DNA of 64,000 nucleotides from the human T2T-CHM13v2.0 reference genome, Homo sapiens, in assembly GCF_009914755.1 (NCBI RefSeq), contig NC_060935.1; one strand, written 5' to 3'. The notes under the pieces are model-generated. The model was given only the letters and a program-made list of their open reading frames with translations, was not told where the DNA came from and did not search any database. Within the stretch, counting starts at the first letter, position 1, and each line of letters begins with the position of its first letter. This document shows, in pieces, positions 16,501-27,804 of the stretch. Both the position numbers and the translations under genes were made by a program.

Positions 16501-18511
16501 ATCAGATCGTGGCCAAGATCACCTCCTCTGGGTCACTGGCCCCTGCTCCATGTGTCCCCTCGGCCACGTGGCCCCAGCATTGCGGCGGTCAGGCGGCCGG
16601 GCCTCTGAAAATGAGAGCCACACCAGGAGGCCTCTCGCCCCGTGGAAGCTTCCGGAGGCTGGGGAGGCGGGGACTCCTGCCTTTCATCTTCCTTTCTGCT
16701 TCTTTTCTTGGCACCTGGCTTTGCTCATAGGCATTTCGTTATTATTTTTTTCTTCAAAGGCTCGTCTCAACTTGCACATGTATGTGCAAACTTCCACAAA
16801 CACATGCACATGTGTGTGTGCACACATGGGGTCCACAGCCTCCTTTGCAGGCCCTCCTGGGCTTCCCTGTCAACCCACAGCTCCTCCTAGATGCGTCCTG
16901 ATGCCTTAGCCAGGTAGAGTTCTCTGTAATATTATTTGTTCTGATCATTGCATTTTCACTGCTCCTGACTCTCAGTTTACAACATAGCCCAAGGCCAGCT
17001 ACGGCTCTGAGCCACCTTTTTGTCTTGGGCAAGGTGTCCCAGAGCTGAAGGGTCCACACTCTCCTTGGCTCCGCCAGGAGTCTCTGTCCCTCCTCCCCTC
17101 TTACTTCCCCCAATCCCCAGGCATTCACAGAGTGGGTCCTTTGTGTGAGACCTTGGGCTGGTGGACACATGGGGCTCTTTCTTCCTGAGGAGCTGGTCGG
17201 GGGATGCGTCTATCCTGATCATATCTCAGGTGTCTTCTCTCCCCTGGCTCATGAAATCTCCTGTCTCCCAAATTATGTCCAGACAGGGGTGGTAGCAGGC
17301 ATCTCTCTCTTCCAGCCCAGAGGCCCACCCACCAGCCAAATGGGGCATTTAATTGGAAAGGGAGGCTGGCAGGCTGCCTGGAAATCCTGCAGAAAGGATC
17401 GGAGTGGCCTGCTTTGAAAACTTTGCCACATACCTTCCCCGCAGATTTCTGTTTCAAATATTTGAAGGGGTTCTTGGGACCATTTGAGAATTACACCCGG
17501 AGCCATGCAATGACAGATCCCTCCAAACCCTGGTGGGGCCTGTGTGGTGGTGCCGCCCAATCACTTGGTATAAATGGGAAACGGAGGCAGATCAGAGGTG
17601 GAGAAAGAATTGAATTCAATTTGGTTCAGCACTCCAAATGTTGGTTGAAGGCTCTTTCTGTGAGAGACACACAAAATACTTACCTGAAAGCCCCTCCCCG
17701 CCAAATCCTGAAGTCACAGCTTCCTTAGGGACTTCAGCCAGAACTCTCCCCAATATTTCAGTCCTGCTGGATGATTCCTGAGCCTGCAGATTCCTGTTGG
17801 TGTGAGTCAGCAGGGTGGAGGGATGGGTGAAGGAAGGAGTGAGGGTCGGTGAGGGAGATTCATCCTAGAGGCCTCATGGGTTTATCTGCCAAGCAGATAA
17901 AGCCCCTCCTTTCAGAGCCAAAATCAGGGTTCATCAGGGCTGGAGTGAGGCCATGGAAGGCAGGATCAGCTGTGTGTGCAAGACAGACTGAGAGCAAGAG
18001 AAGAACTGGGGTGTGGAGGGGTGGCTGGGGGCAGCTGTCAGAAGGTCCAGGCCCTGAAGCCCCGGGTGGTCAGCTGCTCCTCTTCACAGAGACCACGGTG
18101 CTGGCATCTCATCATCAGGGGGCATGTGGCCAGTGGAAGCCATGCAACTTGGTAACCATGGGTGAGTAGCTGGACCTCCTCTAGCCCTGGTTTCTTCCTT
18201 GGCAGAGCAGGAATGACCAGAGTTGCTTTGCCAGGTACCTTGAGATGAAATGAGGTGTGAGGGCAGAGGGCCGCCCTGTGCTGCTCAGAGCTGGTCCATC
18301 AGTCCACAGGCTGTTTCCAGGGCCATATTCCAGCTCTGGCCTTTTTGAGTCATGGTGCTCTAGGAAAGTTTCTAAGCCTAGAGCCCCATGGGATACTAAT
18401 GGGATAGTAACAGTCCTACCTCACAGGGCTGGGGCATGAAATTGGTTAATCCATATAGATAACCTGGAATAGTCCCTGACTGGTACACAAAGGGGGTTAA
18501 ATTGAACTGGT

Positions 18512-19225
18512 GCTGTGATGGTGGTGGTGGTAGTGATAATGATGATGATGGTATGAGGAGAATGGTGGTGTTGATGGTGATAGTGTTGATGGTGGTGATA
18601 ATGATGGTGGTAAACGTGGTGATGATGATGATGATGGTCATGATGATGATGATGATGGTGATGGTGATGGTGATGATGGTAGTGGTGGCAGTGGTGATGA
18701 TGATGGTGATACTGGTGATGGTGATGGTGGTGATGGTGATGATGATGGTGGTGGCAGTGGTGATGATGATGGTGATACTGGTGATGGTGATGGTGGTGAT
18801 GGTGATGATGATTATGGTGGTGGCAGTGGTGGTGATGACAGTGATACTGGTGATGGTGATGATGGTGATGATGATGGTGATACTGGTGATGGTGATGGTG
18901 ATGGTGATGATGATGATGATGATGGTGGTGGCAGTGGTGGTGATGATGGTGATACTGGTGATGGTGATGATGGTGATGATGATGGTGATGGTGATGATGA
19001 TGGTGGTGGCAGTGGTGATGATGATGGTGATGGTGATGGTGGTGATGGTGATGATGGTGATGATGATGATGGTGATGGTGGTGATGGTGATGATGGTGGT
19101 GGCAGTGGTGATGATGATGGTGATGATGATGATGATGGGGTAGTGGTGGTGGTAGTGATTGTGATGACGATGGTGATGATGATGATATGGCAATAGTGGT
19201 GATGGTGATGGTGGTGATAATGATG
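18512..19225. repeat. Degenerate (GAT/GGT)n array, about 710 bp, with higher-order units
   Basis: Read directly; GTGGCAGTGGTG recurs six times. Confidence 0.97.
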
Positions 19226-19239
19226 AATAAATCGTCATC

Positions 19240-19500
19240 ATTTAGCACTTGTTATATGCTTAGATCTGTCCCAGCCATGGGGATACCACAATGAACAAGA
19301 CAAGTATGGTTCCTGCTCTCCTGAGAATCAGTACTACTGATGGCAATAGCCAGTGGGTAAGTTAACCGACCCATGAGCAAAGTAACATTTCAGAGGGAGG
19401 AGCTGGAGAGTTGTGTGAAGTGTGGGGCAGCCCAGTAGGCTCCTTGGAGGAGGTGACATGTGGATGAAGAGACGGGGGGAGCCACCATCATGAGGGGCAG
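19240..19500 (-). mobile_element. L2 3' fragment
   Basis: ggggataccacaatgaacaagacaag...gttcctgctctc...ggaggaggtgacat. Confidence 0.65.
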
Positions 19501-19899
19501 AGAATTTATATTGGCTCAGATAACTAGGACATCTGGGGTTGCATCTAGCATTGGGAACAGGCGTTAAAGATGCCCTCTCGCTCCCCCTCTCTCCTCTCTG
19601 CCTCTCCTGACTACCTTTTGACTTCCATGGTACCCCGAATCAATGCCACTCTTACGGCTTCCAAGATCCGTTGTCCCGGGCTAGTTGTGTCCCCTCCCTG
19701 GAACTCAGTGGTCCCATCTGGAAAGTGTGATGGGGAACGCTAGCCAGACACCCCTGTGGTCCCTTCCATCTCTGGGGTCCCGAGTGCCTGGCCCTGTGCT
19801 GGCGCCCTTGTTGGGCCATGGAGTAACTGACAGTAAGCAGTGGGCATGAGGAGCACTTCCTGCTTCAGGGCCTGCGGGAGGGTGAACAGTTCACTTCAC

Positions 19900-20600
19900 A
19901 GTAGGTCTCTGTGGCTTACCTGGGATGGAGCTGGCTCCAGGAGCAATTTCCCCTGGATGAAACAATCTTTGGAATCCACCGTATATCACTCGCCATGACG
20001 TCTTCTGTTTAAACAGCGGCAGCCGGCAGAGGGTGAGCGAGGAGGCCGTGCTGGGAGGAGGGCCCATGTCCCAGCCCCCAACCCCGGCCCCGGTGGAAGG
20101 CCCCGCTATGGGGGAAAGCAGGCATATGGAACCCATTTGGGAAATTCTTTCTGCATAAACCACTTTTTCCAGGTAAGACACATGCCCATATTGACTGGGA
20201 AAGATGCAATACCTCTTACACTTTGCCGGCTACATTTTTATGGACCTTAATTAAACCCACGGTCTGCCGGGTTGGGAAATTGGACACTCTTTGTGCGGCG
20301 CCTTCTTAAGAAGTACTGTTGGCCCAGGGGAGGCCAATTATAACCTCGCGTCCTCCCCACCTCCCAGGACCTCACAGACCCTCCAAGCGCTTGGAAAATG
20401 TGCGCTCGACAGAGGGCCTTTGATTCTGCTTGCCTGGACAGCGTTAGGCCTGTTTCCAGGCCTGAGGCAAGTGGTGGTCAGGGTCCCAGGCGGCCGGCGG
20501 AGGGGCCACAGAGACCGGAGTTTTCAAACTTCATTGAGCACCAGCGCTTTCCTTTCATGCCCAATCGCATGGAGACCTCGGATAGAAACCAGATGAGCCT
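19900..20600. promoter_or_regulatory. Candidate enhancer, CpG-enriched
   Basis: Unique sequence with TGACGTC, TGTTTAAAC, three TGGGAAA, TTAATTAA. Confidence 0.35.
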
Positions 20601-21424
20601 GCTGGGGCTGAAGGGGGAGGTTGGTGGGGGGTGCACGTGGCCCCTTGCTCACCCCCAGCTCCTGTTCGCCATGAGGTGACAGCGAGGACAGCCGCCTGGG
20701 TGTTCAGTGAGTTGTTAACGCCTGGATGGTTGTGCTCGTTATCCTGTTTAACAGGCACAGGCCAAGTGAGGTAGGTGCTGTTACCATTGCCATTTCACAC
20801 CTGAGGGAACCTAGGCGCAGAGCAGCAGAGGGACGGGCCCAGGGTGGCCCGGCCGGAGCAGGAGGAGTGGTGGGGTTTGGGTCCTGGAAGCCCGTGTGCG
20901 TGGCCGCCTCTCCAGAAGGCTGCTGGGGAGCTACTGATTGGGCCCAAGCCTCTCTTTTGACGGTGCTCCGGGCTCAGTGCTGTGCCTTCCACTCCCGGTG
21001 GCCCCTGCCTGTGCGTGATCTCCACAGCACAGCCCCCTTCTTGTGTCGGGTAGTGGCCTAGGCCCCTCCTATGCTTGGGTTCATGGATCCAGCAGGGCGG
21101 GGGGGTCCTCTCACCGCTGGAGGGGCTACTCTGCCAGCCTCTCTGGTTGGGTGGAACCTGCCCTTGACTAGCATACATGGTCCGGGGCACCCCAGGACTT
21201 TTCAAGGATGCCTTTGGTTGGAGGAGAAGGTGTCTTTGCTTTGGTCCTTTTTGTGCTCTGGGCTTCCACGAATATTTCATTTTTAGGGAAGAGATTCGTT
21301 AATCAAGAAAAGTGTCCCCTGGATGAGCTTTTCCTGGGATTGGCTCTTCCTGGGATGCTCAGGTCATGGCCCCAGAAACCCCAACCTAGCCAAGGGAGCA
21401 TGTTAGGAAGCCAGGCCAATGGAG

Positions 21425-21712
21425 GGATAATTTACATGCGGTAACATCCATCCTTTCAAGGTGTATGCTTTGGTGAATTTTGACAAATGCAAGTAGTCAC
21501 AGACACCCTCGTAATCAAGATACGGAAGATTTCTATCACCTCCAAAGCTCCCTCGTGCGTCCTCCCACCCCAGCCCCCCAGTGGTGGATCCGTTTTTGGT
21601 CCTCATAGCTCTGCCTTTTCTAGAATCGCATCAATAGACCCATGCAGTTGGCAGTCTCTTCAGTGTGGCTTCTTTCACTTTGTATTATGCCTTTAACATC
21701 CAGCCATAGTTA
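21425..21712 (-). mobile_element. L1M (MB/ME) 3' fragment
   Basis: gtgaattttgacaaatgc...ctatcacctccaaagctccc...gccttttctagaat...ggcttctttcact. Confidence 0.75.
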
Positions 21713-21931
21713 CAGGGACATCGCTGGCACCTCGCAGGCTGGGTGGCCTCAGGGAAGATGGAGCTGGGCTCACCCCGGGTACCCTGGAGCAGTCGAGCTC
21801 TCTGGCAGGTAGAGCAGGGTGGGTCCAGAAGCTTCTGCTAGTCTTTGTTTCCTCATTAACTCAGGAATGTTAATCAGTGCTGACTTCTTGGGGTTGATGG
21901 GAAATGATGGGCCATTTGGATACTTGCTCAG

Positions 21932-22050
21932 GGACTGTGCACAGTGGCTCATGCCTGTGATCCCAAGGTTTTGGGAGGCTGAGGTGAGAGAAGCACTTGA
22001 GGCCAAGAATTTGAGACCAGCCTGGGCAACATAGTGAGACCCCATCACTA
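21932..22050 (+). mobile_element. FLAM/AluJ left monomer
   Basis: Single Alu left arm ending gagaccccatcact. Confidence 0.85.
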
Positions 22051-22079
22051 GATATGTGCTCCTGACCTCATAGCACAGA

Positions 22080-22630
22080 AACCCAACCAGAAAGGATTCA
22101 ATAAGTCTGGATGAGGATGGCTCCAGGGCAGCTTCATCCAAGCACTCATGACATCAGTGATCTGGGTGACTCCTCAGCTGCAAGATGGTGGCAGCTTCTT
22201 CTAGCATCACGTCCCTACGGGACAACATCCAAGTGGGAAGGGGCACTTCCCTGTGGTGTTCCCCTCTGTTAGCAAGAAACCCTTTTCCGGGAGCAGCCCC
22301 CAGTTTCAGCAGTCTTCCCTGTGCCTCACTGGTCAGGGTGTGTCCCATGCGTCATGTCTACACCAATCTCCAGCAACAGACGGGAGCTGCCAGGAGAGGG
22401 TGAAGCCTGAGCAGCCTTTGCTCTGGGCTGGAGAGGGGCTGGTGAAGCACAGAGCAGATAATGCCTGGATAAGACGGGGGCTCTCCGGGCAAGGGAAGGA
22501 GGACGTGCCCAGAGGTGGGGAACTGGCCGTCTGCTAGATGCTGTGTGTGAGTCTGATTGCAAGGAGGTTCTCTGTCTACAAAAGACCAGAACAGGAGGGA
22601 GCCATTAGGGAAGAAGGCCACCAACATGGC
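22080..22630 (-). mobile_element. Old MaLR LTR (MLT1K/L-like)
   Basis: gcaagatggtggcagc...ctcactggtcagggtgtgtcccatg. Confidence 0.55.
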
Positions 22631-22749
22631 CGGCTGACTGTGGTTGGCCTTCCTCAGGGCTGAGGCTTAGATAGGGTGAGCCTATCTTGTAGATGTTCCT
22701 CAAAGGAGAGGACACAAATGAGCAATTTGTGACCTTTGTGTGCTTGCTG

Positions 22750-23345
22750 TCCATACCTTCATCCTTCCATCTCTCCATCTATCCATCCGTCTCTCCATCC
22801 CTTCCTAATCCATTCATCCCTTCATCCATCCCCTTCATCCATCCATCATCCATCAATCTCTCTATCCCTCCATTCATCCATCAATCTCTTCATCCTTCCA
22901 TCCACCTATTATCCATCCACTTCTCCATCCATCCATTCATCTATCCTTTATTCATTTATCCATTTATCCATCCATCCATCTCTCTATCTCTTCATCCATC
23001 CATCCACTCATCTATCCATCTCTCCACCCCTCCATACATCCATTCATCAGTTGTCCTTCCATTAATTCGTCCATGTTTCCATCCCTCCAGCAGTCTCTCC
23101 ATCCCTCCATCTCTCCATTCATGTATCATCCCTCCACCCATCATCCATCCATATCTCCATCCATCCACTCATTGATCCTCCATTTATTCATCCATCCACC
23201 CACCCATCCATCCATCCATCCATCCATCCATCCATCCATCTCCTATCTCTCCATGCATCCGTCTCTCATTTCTCCATCCCTCCATCTCACCATTGCTCTA
23301 TCACTGCATCCTTCTATCCCTCCATGTCTCCATCCCTTCTTCCAA
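22750..23345. repeat. Degenerate (TCCA)n array
   Basis: Read directly. Confidence 0.96.
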
Positions 23346-24299
23346 GTAACAACCAAGCACTTGCTCTGGGTGGGCCCTGTGCTGGGTCCTGGAGAGAAGG
23401 GGAGGAACTGGGCTCTGTCGTTCAGGACTTTGGCAAGGGCCCCTCACGGTTGGGGTGTGGAGGCGTGGTTTCCCTTGGGGCTTTCCCCATAGTGAGCATG
23501 TGATGCTTTCAGGGGAACACTGCCTTTTAATTTTTATCCCAAGATTCAAGCAGCACAGATCCTCTCTTGCTTCACAGCCCCTGTCCAATCCTGCCTTTCA
23601 TTAACTAACTTTAGTAACTTTCCTCGCTGTGTTTAATTAAGATTCATACGAGCAAGACTTGAAGGAACACAAGCATCTCAGTGCGGCTGGGCCGGCCTTT
23701 AGTCTTGGGCTTTTTACCTCTTGCCCGTGGTGGTGCTGGCTGCAGAGGACCCCCTGAGCTGGGAGTAGAAATAACTCACCTTGGTTTTTTTCTTGCTGCC
23801 AGACTTTTAGGATGGCTCTGAAACACCAGACTAAGTCTGTGTCCAAAAGCCTCAAGCATTGGCCTGGGATTATGTAGGTGGATATCATTTGAGGACTATG
23901 GAGGCCAAATTATTTCCTTGATTGTCTAATCTCCTTGTTAACAACATTTGTGAAAAAATGAAGGGTTTTTTTTTTTTTTGTTTTTTGTTTTTTTTGGCTG
24001 CAATGGAAGTTTCAAGACTTACAAGGAAACAGCTTTTGCTGTTCCCCTCTTAGGGCCTTCCAGCCTGACAAAAGAAATCAGCAGCTTGCCCGTGGGCAAT
24101 CTGGAGAGGCAGGAAGGTGGGTGAGGGAAGCATGACATCATATCAGGTGGGAATAAAAAGGCGTGTCCTGCAGTGTCCCTGTTCAAACATATTTTGGTGC
24201 TTGGATGCCCGCTTTGGAAGCTGGAAGACCCTCAGCAGGAACTGCGAAGGGCTCCAGAGACCCGGACTCAAGTTTTCAAACTTTAAAAATGAGTATGGC

Positions 24300-24830
24300 A
24301 AGGGAGGAGTGAGGGGTGAAGGGCAGCAGCCCCCTGGTGGGGAGCAGGGGCGCCGGGAGTCAGATCTGACAGAGGGCTCCCGGCTGTGTGCTGCATGCGT
24401 GGTTCCCCTTTTTCTTGGAGAAAATGGGGAGGCAGGAGTGAGGCAGATTGCTCTGGGACAATGGGCCCCTCTCCCGTCGGGTGGGAGCGGCTCTGGGCCC
24501 AAACAATAGGCCTGGGCCGGCCCCTCTCCTGCTGCCCACCGTCTGAGACAGATGCCGGGGAGCCGCCGGGAGTGCCCCAGAGGTGACCTTCGGGGGCTGC
24601 CCTGTCACTTTGTGGAGGAGTCCTGGAGAGGGAGGGAGGCAAACAATGGTGGCCTCATGCCAGGCGCCCGGCCTCCGGCACGGGCCAGGGCTCCCCAGGG
24701 AGAGCACGGCCTGGCAGGTGCTGCTATTGTCTCAGGGCGCAGGGGCCTTCCGCGGAGGTCTCCCGGCAGGGAGGCAGGGCACCGGTCAGCACGCGGCAGG
24801 AGAGGCTTGGGCTGGAGGCCCTCTTGTTGT
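24300..24830. promoter_or_regulatory. GC/CpG-rich island-like segment just downstream of the putative first exon
   Basis: High GC with many CpGs (gcgccgggag, gccgccggg, ccgcgg) in non-repeat DNA. Confidence 0.5.
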
Positions 24831-25221
24831 TCTCCAGGGAGGACGCAAGGAGCTGATTCTGCTGGCTCCATTCAGGCCTGACAGCCCCAGCCCAGTTCTG
24901 CCCTCAGCCCCTAAAAGCGTCATTCAGAAAAGCAATTAACGTCTCTGGCCTCCAATGGCACCGGGACTCTGAGTGTCAGATTTTACAGCCGGACCTGCCC
25001 TAGGAAATGCCCAAATCTGAGCTGACATCCTCGCTTGAGCTGGGGGCACAGGCGGAGTTTTCTGGAGGAAGGGCATCAGCTCAGGAGGACAAGGGGTGAG
25101 CCCTGGATTTGTCTTTTCTCTGCAAAGAGACTTGCCCTGGGAGAACCCCCACACCATAAGCTGAAAGCAGTGGATGAGCGCAGCAAGGGCTCTCTCATCC
25201 TGGGGAGGAGCAGTAGCTAAT

Positions 25222-25500
25222 GGGTGTGCGTGTGTCCGTGTGTGTGTGTGTGCATATGTGTGTGTGCATATGTGCATGTGTGTTTTTGTAGGCATGTATA
25301 TGTGCACATGTGTGTGGCTATACATGCGTGCACACACACATACACTGCAAATGTGTTCATGTTGTGTGTGCGTTTGTGTGCACACACGTGTGTCTGGGCA
25401 GGTGTACATACCTGCATGTGTACACAAGTGTATTTGTGTGTGCATGCCCATGTCTGTCCCATGTCTGTGCACATGTGTGCATACGTGTTTGGCGGGGTGC
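25222..25500. repeat. Degenerate (TG/CA)n alternating purine-pyrimidine tract
   Basis: Read directly. Confidence 0.93.
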
Positions 25501-26567
25501 ATACTTGTGCCAGGCACTTTGCTGGGGATTTTTGCAAACGTCATTCATGTGACTTATGATCTGCTGGGAACAGGCATTGCTATCTTGACCACAGATGAGG
25601 ACACAGACCCCTGAAAGGCACATGACTTGACTATACCTCCTCAAACTCCTCAGACCCCAAGGTGGGTCTGCAAGACCTCACAACTTGGGCCTTTTCTACT
25701 GTCCACTCATCTGCAGGCTGTGTCCTTCCTCAGCCTGCTGGCTCTGGGATCTGGGAATGTGCCTTGGTCGGCTGGGTCTTTGAGACTGTTCTAGGCCCTA
25801 GGGGAGAAGCAGACACAGTCTCTGCCCTTGTCCTGCAAAGGGGAAGGGAACATGGAGGGCAGAAGTGGCTCCTCTAGGTGGCAGGGAAGGTGGTAGGGGA
25901 GTCCAGAGGAGGCCCATGTCCTGCTCTCAGGGGCCAGGGAATGCTTCCCGGGAGAATGATGTCCAAAGCCAGGCTGCAGGTTGAGCCAGCGTGAGGCAGG
26001 TGAGAGAGGCCTGGAGAAGTCCCTAGCTGTAGAGAAGGTGCCCGCAGCCCTGAGGGAGCCAGGGGTTACCTGGGGGGAGGTCTGAGGCTCACCAAGGTTG
26101 GGTGCTTGCTGTCACCTGCTTCATTGCGGAGCCATACATGGAGCTGCGGAGTTCAAGGTTGGCTTCTCAGACACCTAAGGCAGCCTCACAGCTGAGCCAG
26201 TCTGGGGAGGAGGACCACCTAGGGGCCTGGCAGGTGGTCCAAGTGGCTCCTCAACTGGAACTATGCCCTGCCTTGCCCTGGTTCCCTGTGCTGGGGTGAC
26301 TCTGTGCTCAAGCCTATGATAATCGTCTCTCTGCCTGCCTCTGGTGTCCCTGGTCCTCCTTGTACTGCAGGAGCTTGTGCAGGGCAGGGTGAGTGGCGGG
26401 GACTTGACTCTCACAGTCCCTAGCTCTACTGGCTCTGAGATTTCAGCCAACCTCCCCTCCATGAGCTGCGCTGTCCTCATCTGTAAAGTGGGGGGATTGG
26501 CAGAAAGCCACGGACAGTTTCCCACAGTGCCCTGCCCATCAAGCAGGCCATATTCAGACAGTGCTGT

Positions 26568-26710
26568 CATTTCACCGAATGGAGGACTCCCTCTCACCCC
26601 CTCTGGCTGGCATTTCACCAAACCGAGGGTTCCCTCTCACCCCCTCTGGCTGGCATTTCACTGAGCAGGGGGCCCCCTCTCACCCTCAGGCAGACCTGTC
26701 ATTGCACCCA
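26568..26710. repeat. 43-bp tandem repeat, about 3 copies
   Basis: CATTTCAC at 26568, 26611, 26654; core CCCTCTCACCCCCTCTGGCTGG. Confidence 0.9.
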
Positions 26711-27296
26711 GCCTTTCTCTCTCCTGATGTGCAACACCAGGCTGGGCCGGCGCTGACCACCCTGGACATGGCAGTGTGGACGGTAACAGAGCCGGTGACC
26801 CGCCCTCCGTCGGGGCGCCTTCCCTGGCGGCTCTTGCTCCTGCCGTCTTGAGTTCAACCTCCCAAGAGGGGCTCTGGTGGGTCCAGGTAGTTCTTCTCCC
26901 CGCTGTGTGTGGCTTTTGCTCCTGATGGTTTCAGGCTGTCGGTGCCCCGGGGGTTGGTGTTTTCCCCCCAGCTCCTGGTCTCTAAGCTGAACTAGGTCCA
27001 GGCTCTGTGAACACTGCCCAGTCCCTGTGGCAGCTCCATCAGGGGCCTCTGAGCGTGGCAGGCACCCATGCACTGTGGGCGTTTTCTTTGAGATGCTGCC
27101 TGCCCGTTGCGAGCTGCTGGCCTAAGCTCCTCACTGAGACTGCCTGGCATTCGGAGGACGACCACAGGGGTGTGAGCTGCCCCGGGGTGCATTCGCGTCA
27201 AAGAGGTTGAGGTGGAACCAGCTGCGACCCTCAGCAGCAGCAAGTGGCCACTTTGGGGACCCTGTGGGTTTTGAGTCAGAGGAAAACAGAGTTTAA

Positions 27297-27804
27297 GCCT
27301 TTTCCCATTTGTCCTGAGAGTACTCACCAGGGGCTTGCGACTGCAGTGTTTACCCCGAGATAACTCCGCCACGAAATAGCTCGATTTTATTATTATTTTT
27401 GCATCGCTCTAGTATATTGACTTTGGAAACAAAAGACGTCATATCCTACTCATAGCATTCTGTTTCTAGTAGCGGCATTTCCATTTACAAAATAGAGTCA
27501 TTCTCGATCGCTGAAAATGTCACATCCTAGAAAACACAGAATTCCTACGCGTGGTTGTTCTCGGATGTTTGTTGGCCAAAGATTGATTTGACGAATCCGT
27601 TTTTTCCAAAATAGACGATTCTGATGATTCACGCGAGTCTGATGTTAGTTCTGTTTAGAAATGACTCCAAGAACAGTTTTTATGTTTTATTTTCTCATTG
27701 AAAAGCAGTCAGATTTGCTTCAGCCTCAAGAAGTGTGTTTATGTAAAATTAAATGAGTGCTGGTTTCGAGCCGCACTTTTTTTTCCCCCTAAACAAGAAA
27801 AGGG
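27297..27804 (+). mobile_element. MER75 non-autonomous piggyBac, full length
   Basis: TTAA TSDs at 27293-27296 and 27805-27808; TIRs GCCTTTTCCCATTT/AAACAAGAAAAGGG; PGBD4-like start MSHPRKHRIP at 27517. Confidence 0.93.

Noticed and set aside
18396-19248. 275-281 aa poly-His and Ile/Thr ORFs (similar ones at 12.7-13.5 kb)
   Set aside because: They are translations of trinucleotide repeats, open in several frames on both strands, with no splice or promoter context
24936-25614. 202-aa and 146-aa His/Thr- or Cys/Val-rich ORFs
   Set aside because: Products of the (TG/CA)n tract
26568-26710. CRISPR-like repeat-spacer appearance (also considered for 43485-44001)
   Set aside because: Eukaryotic DNA, spacers too short and mutually related, no cas genes
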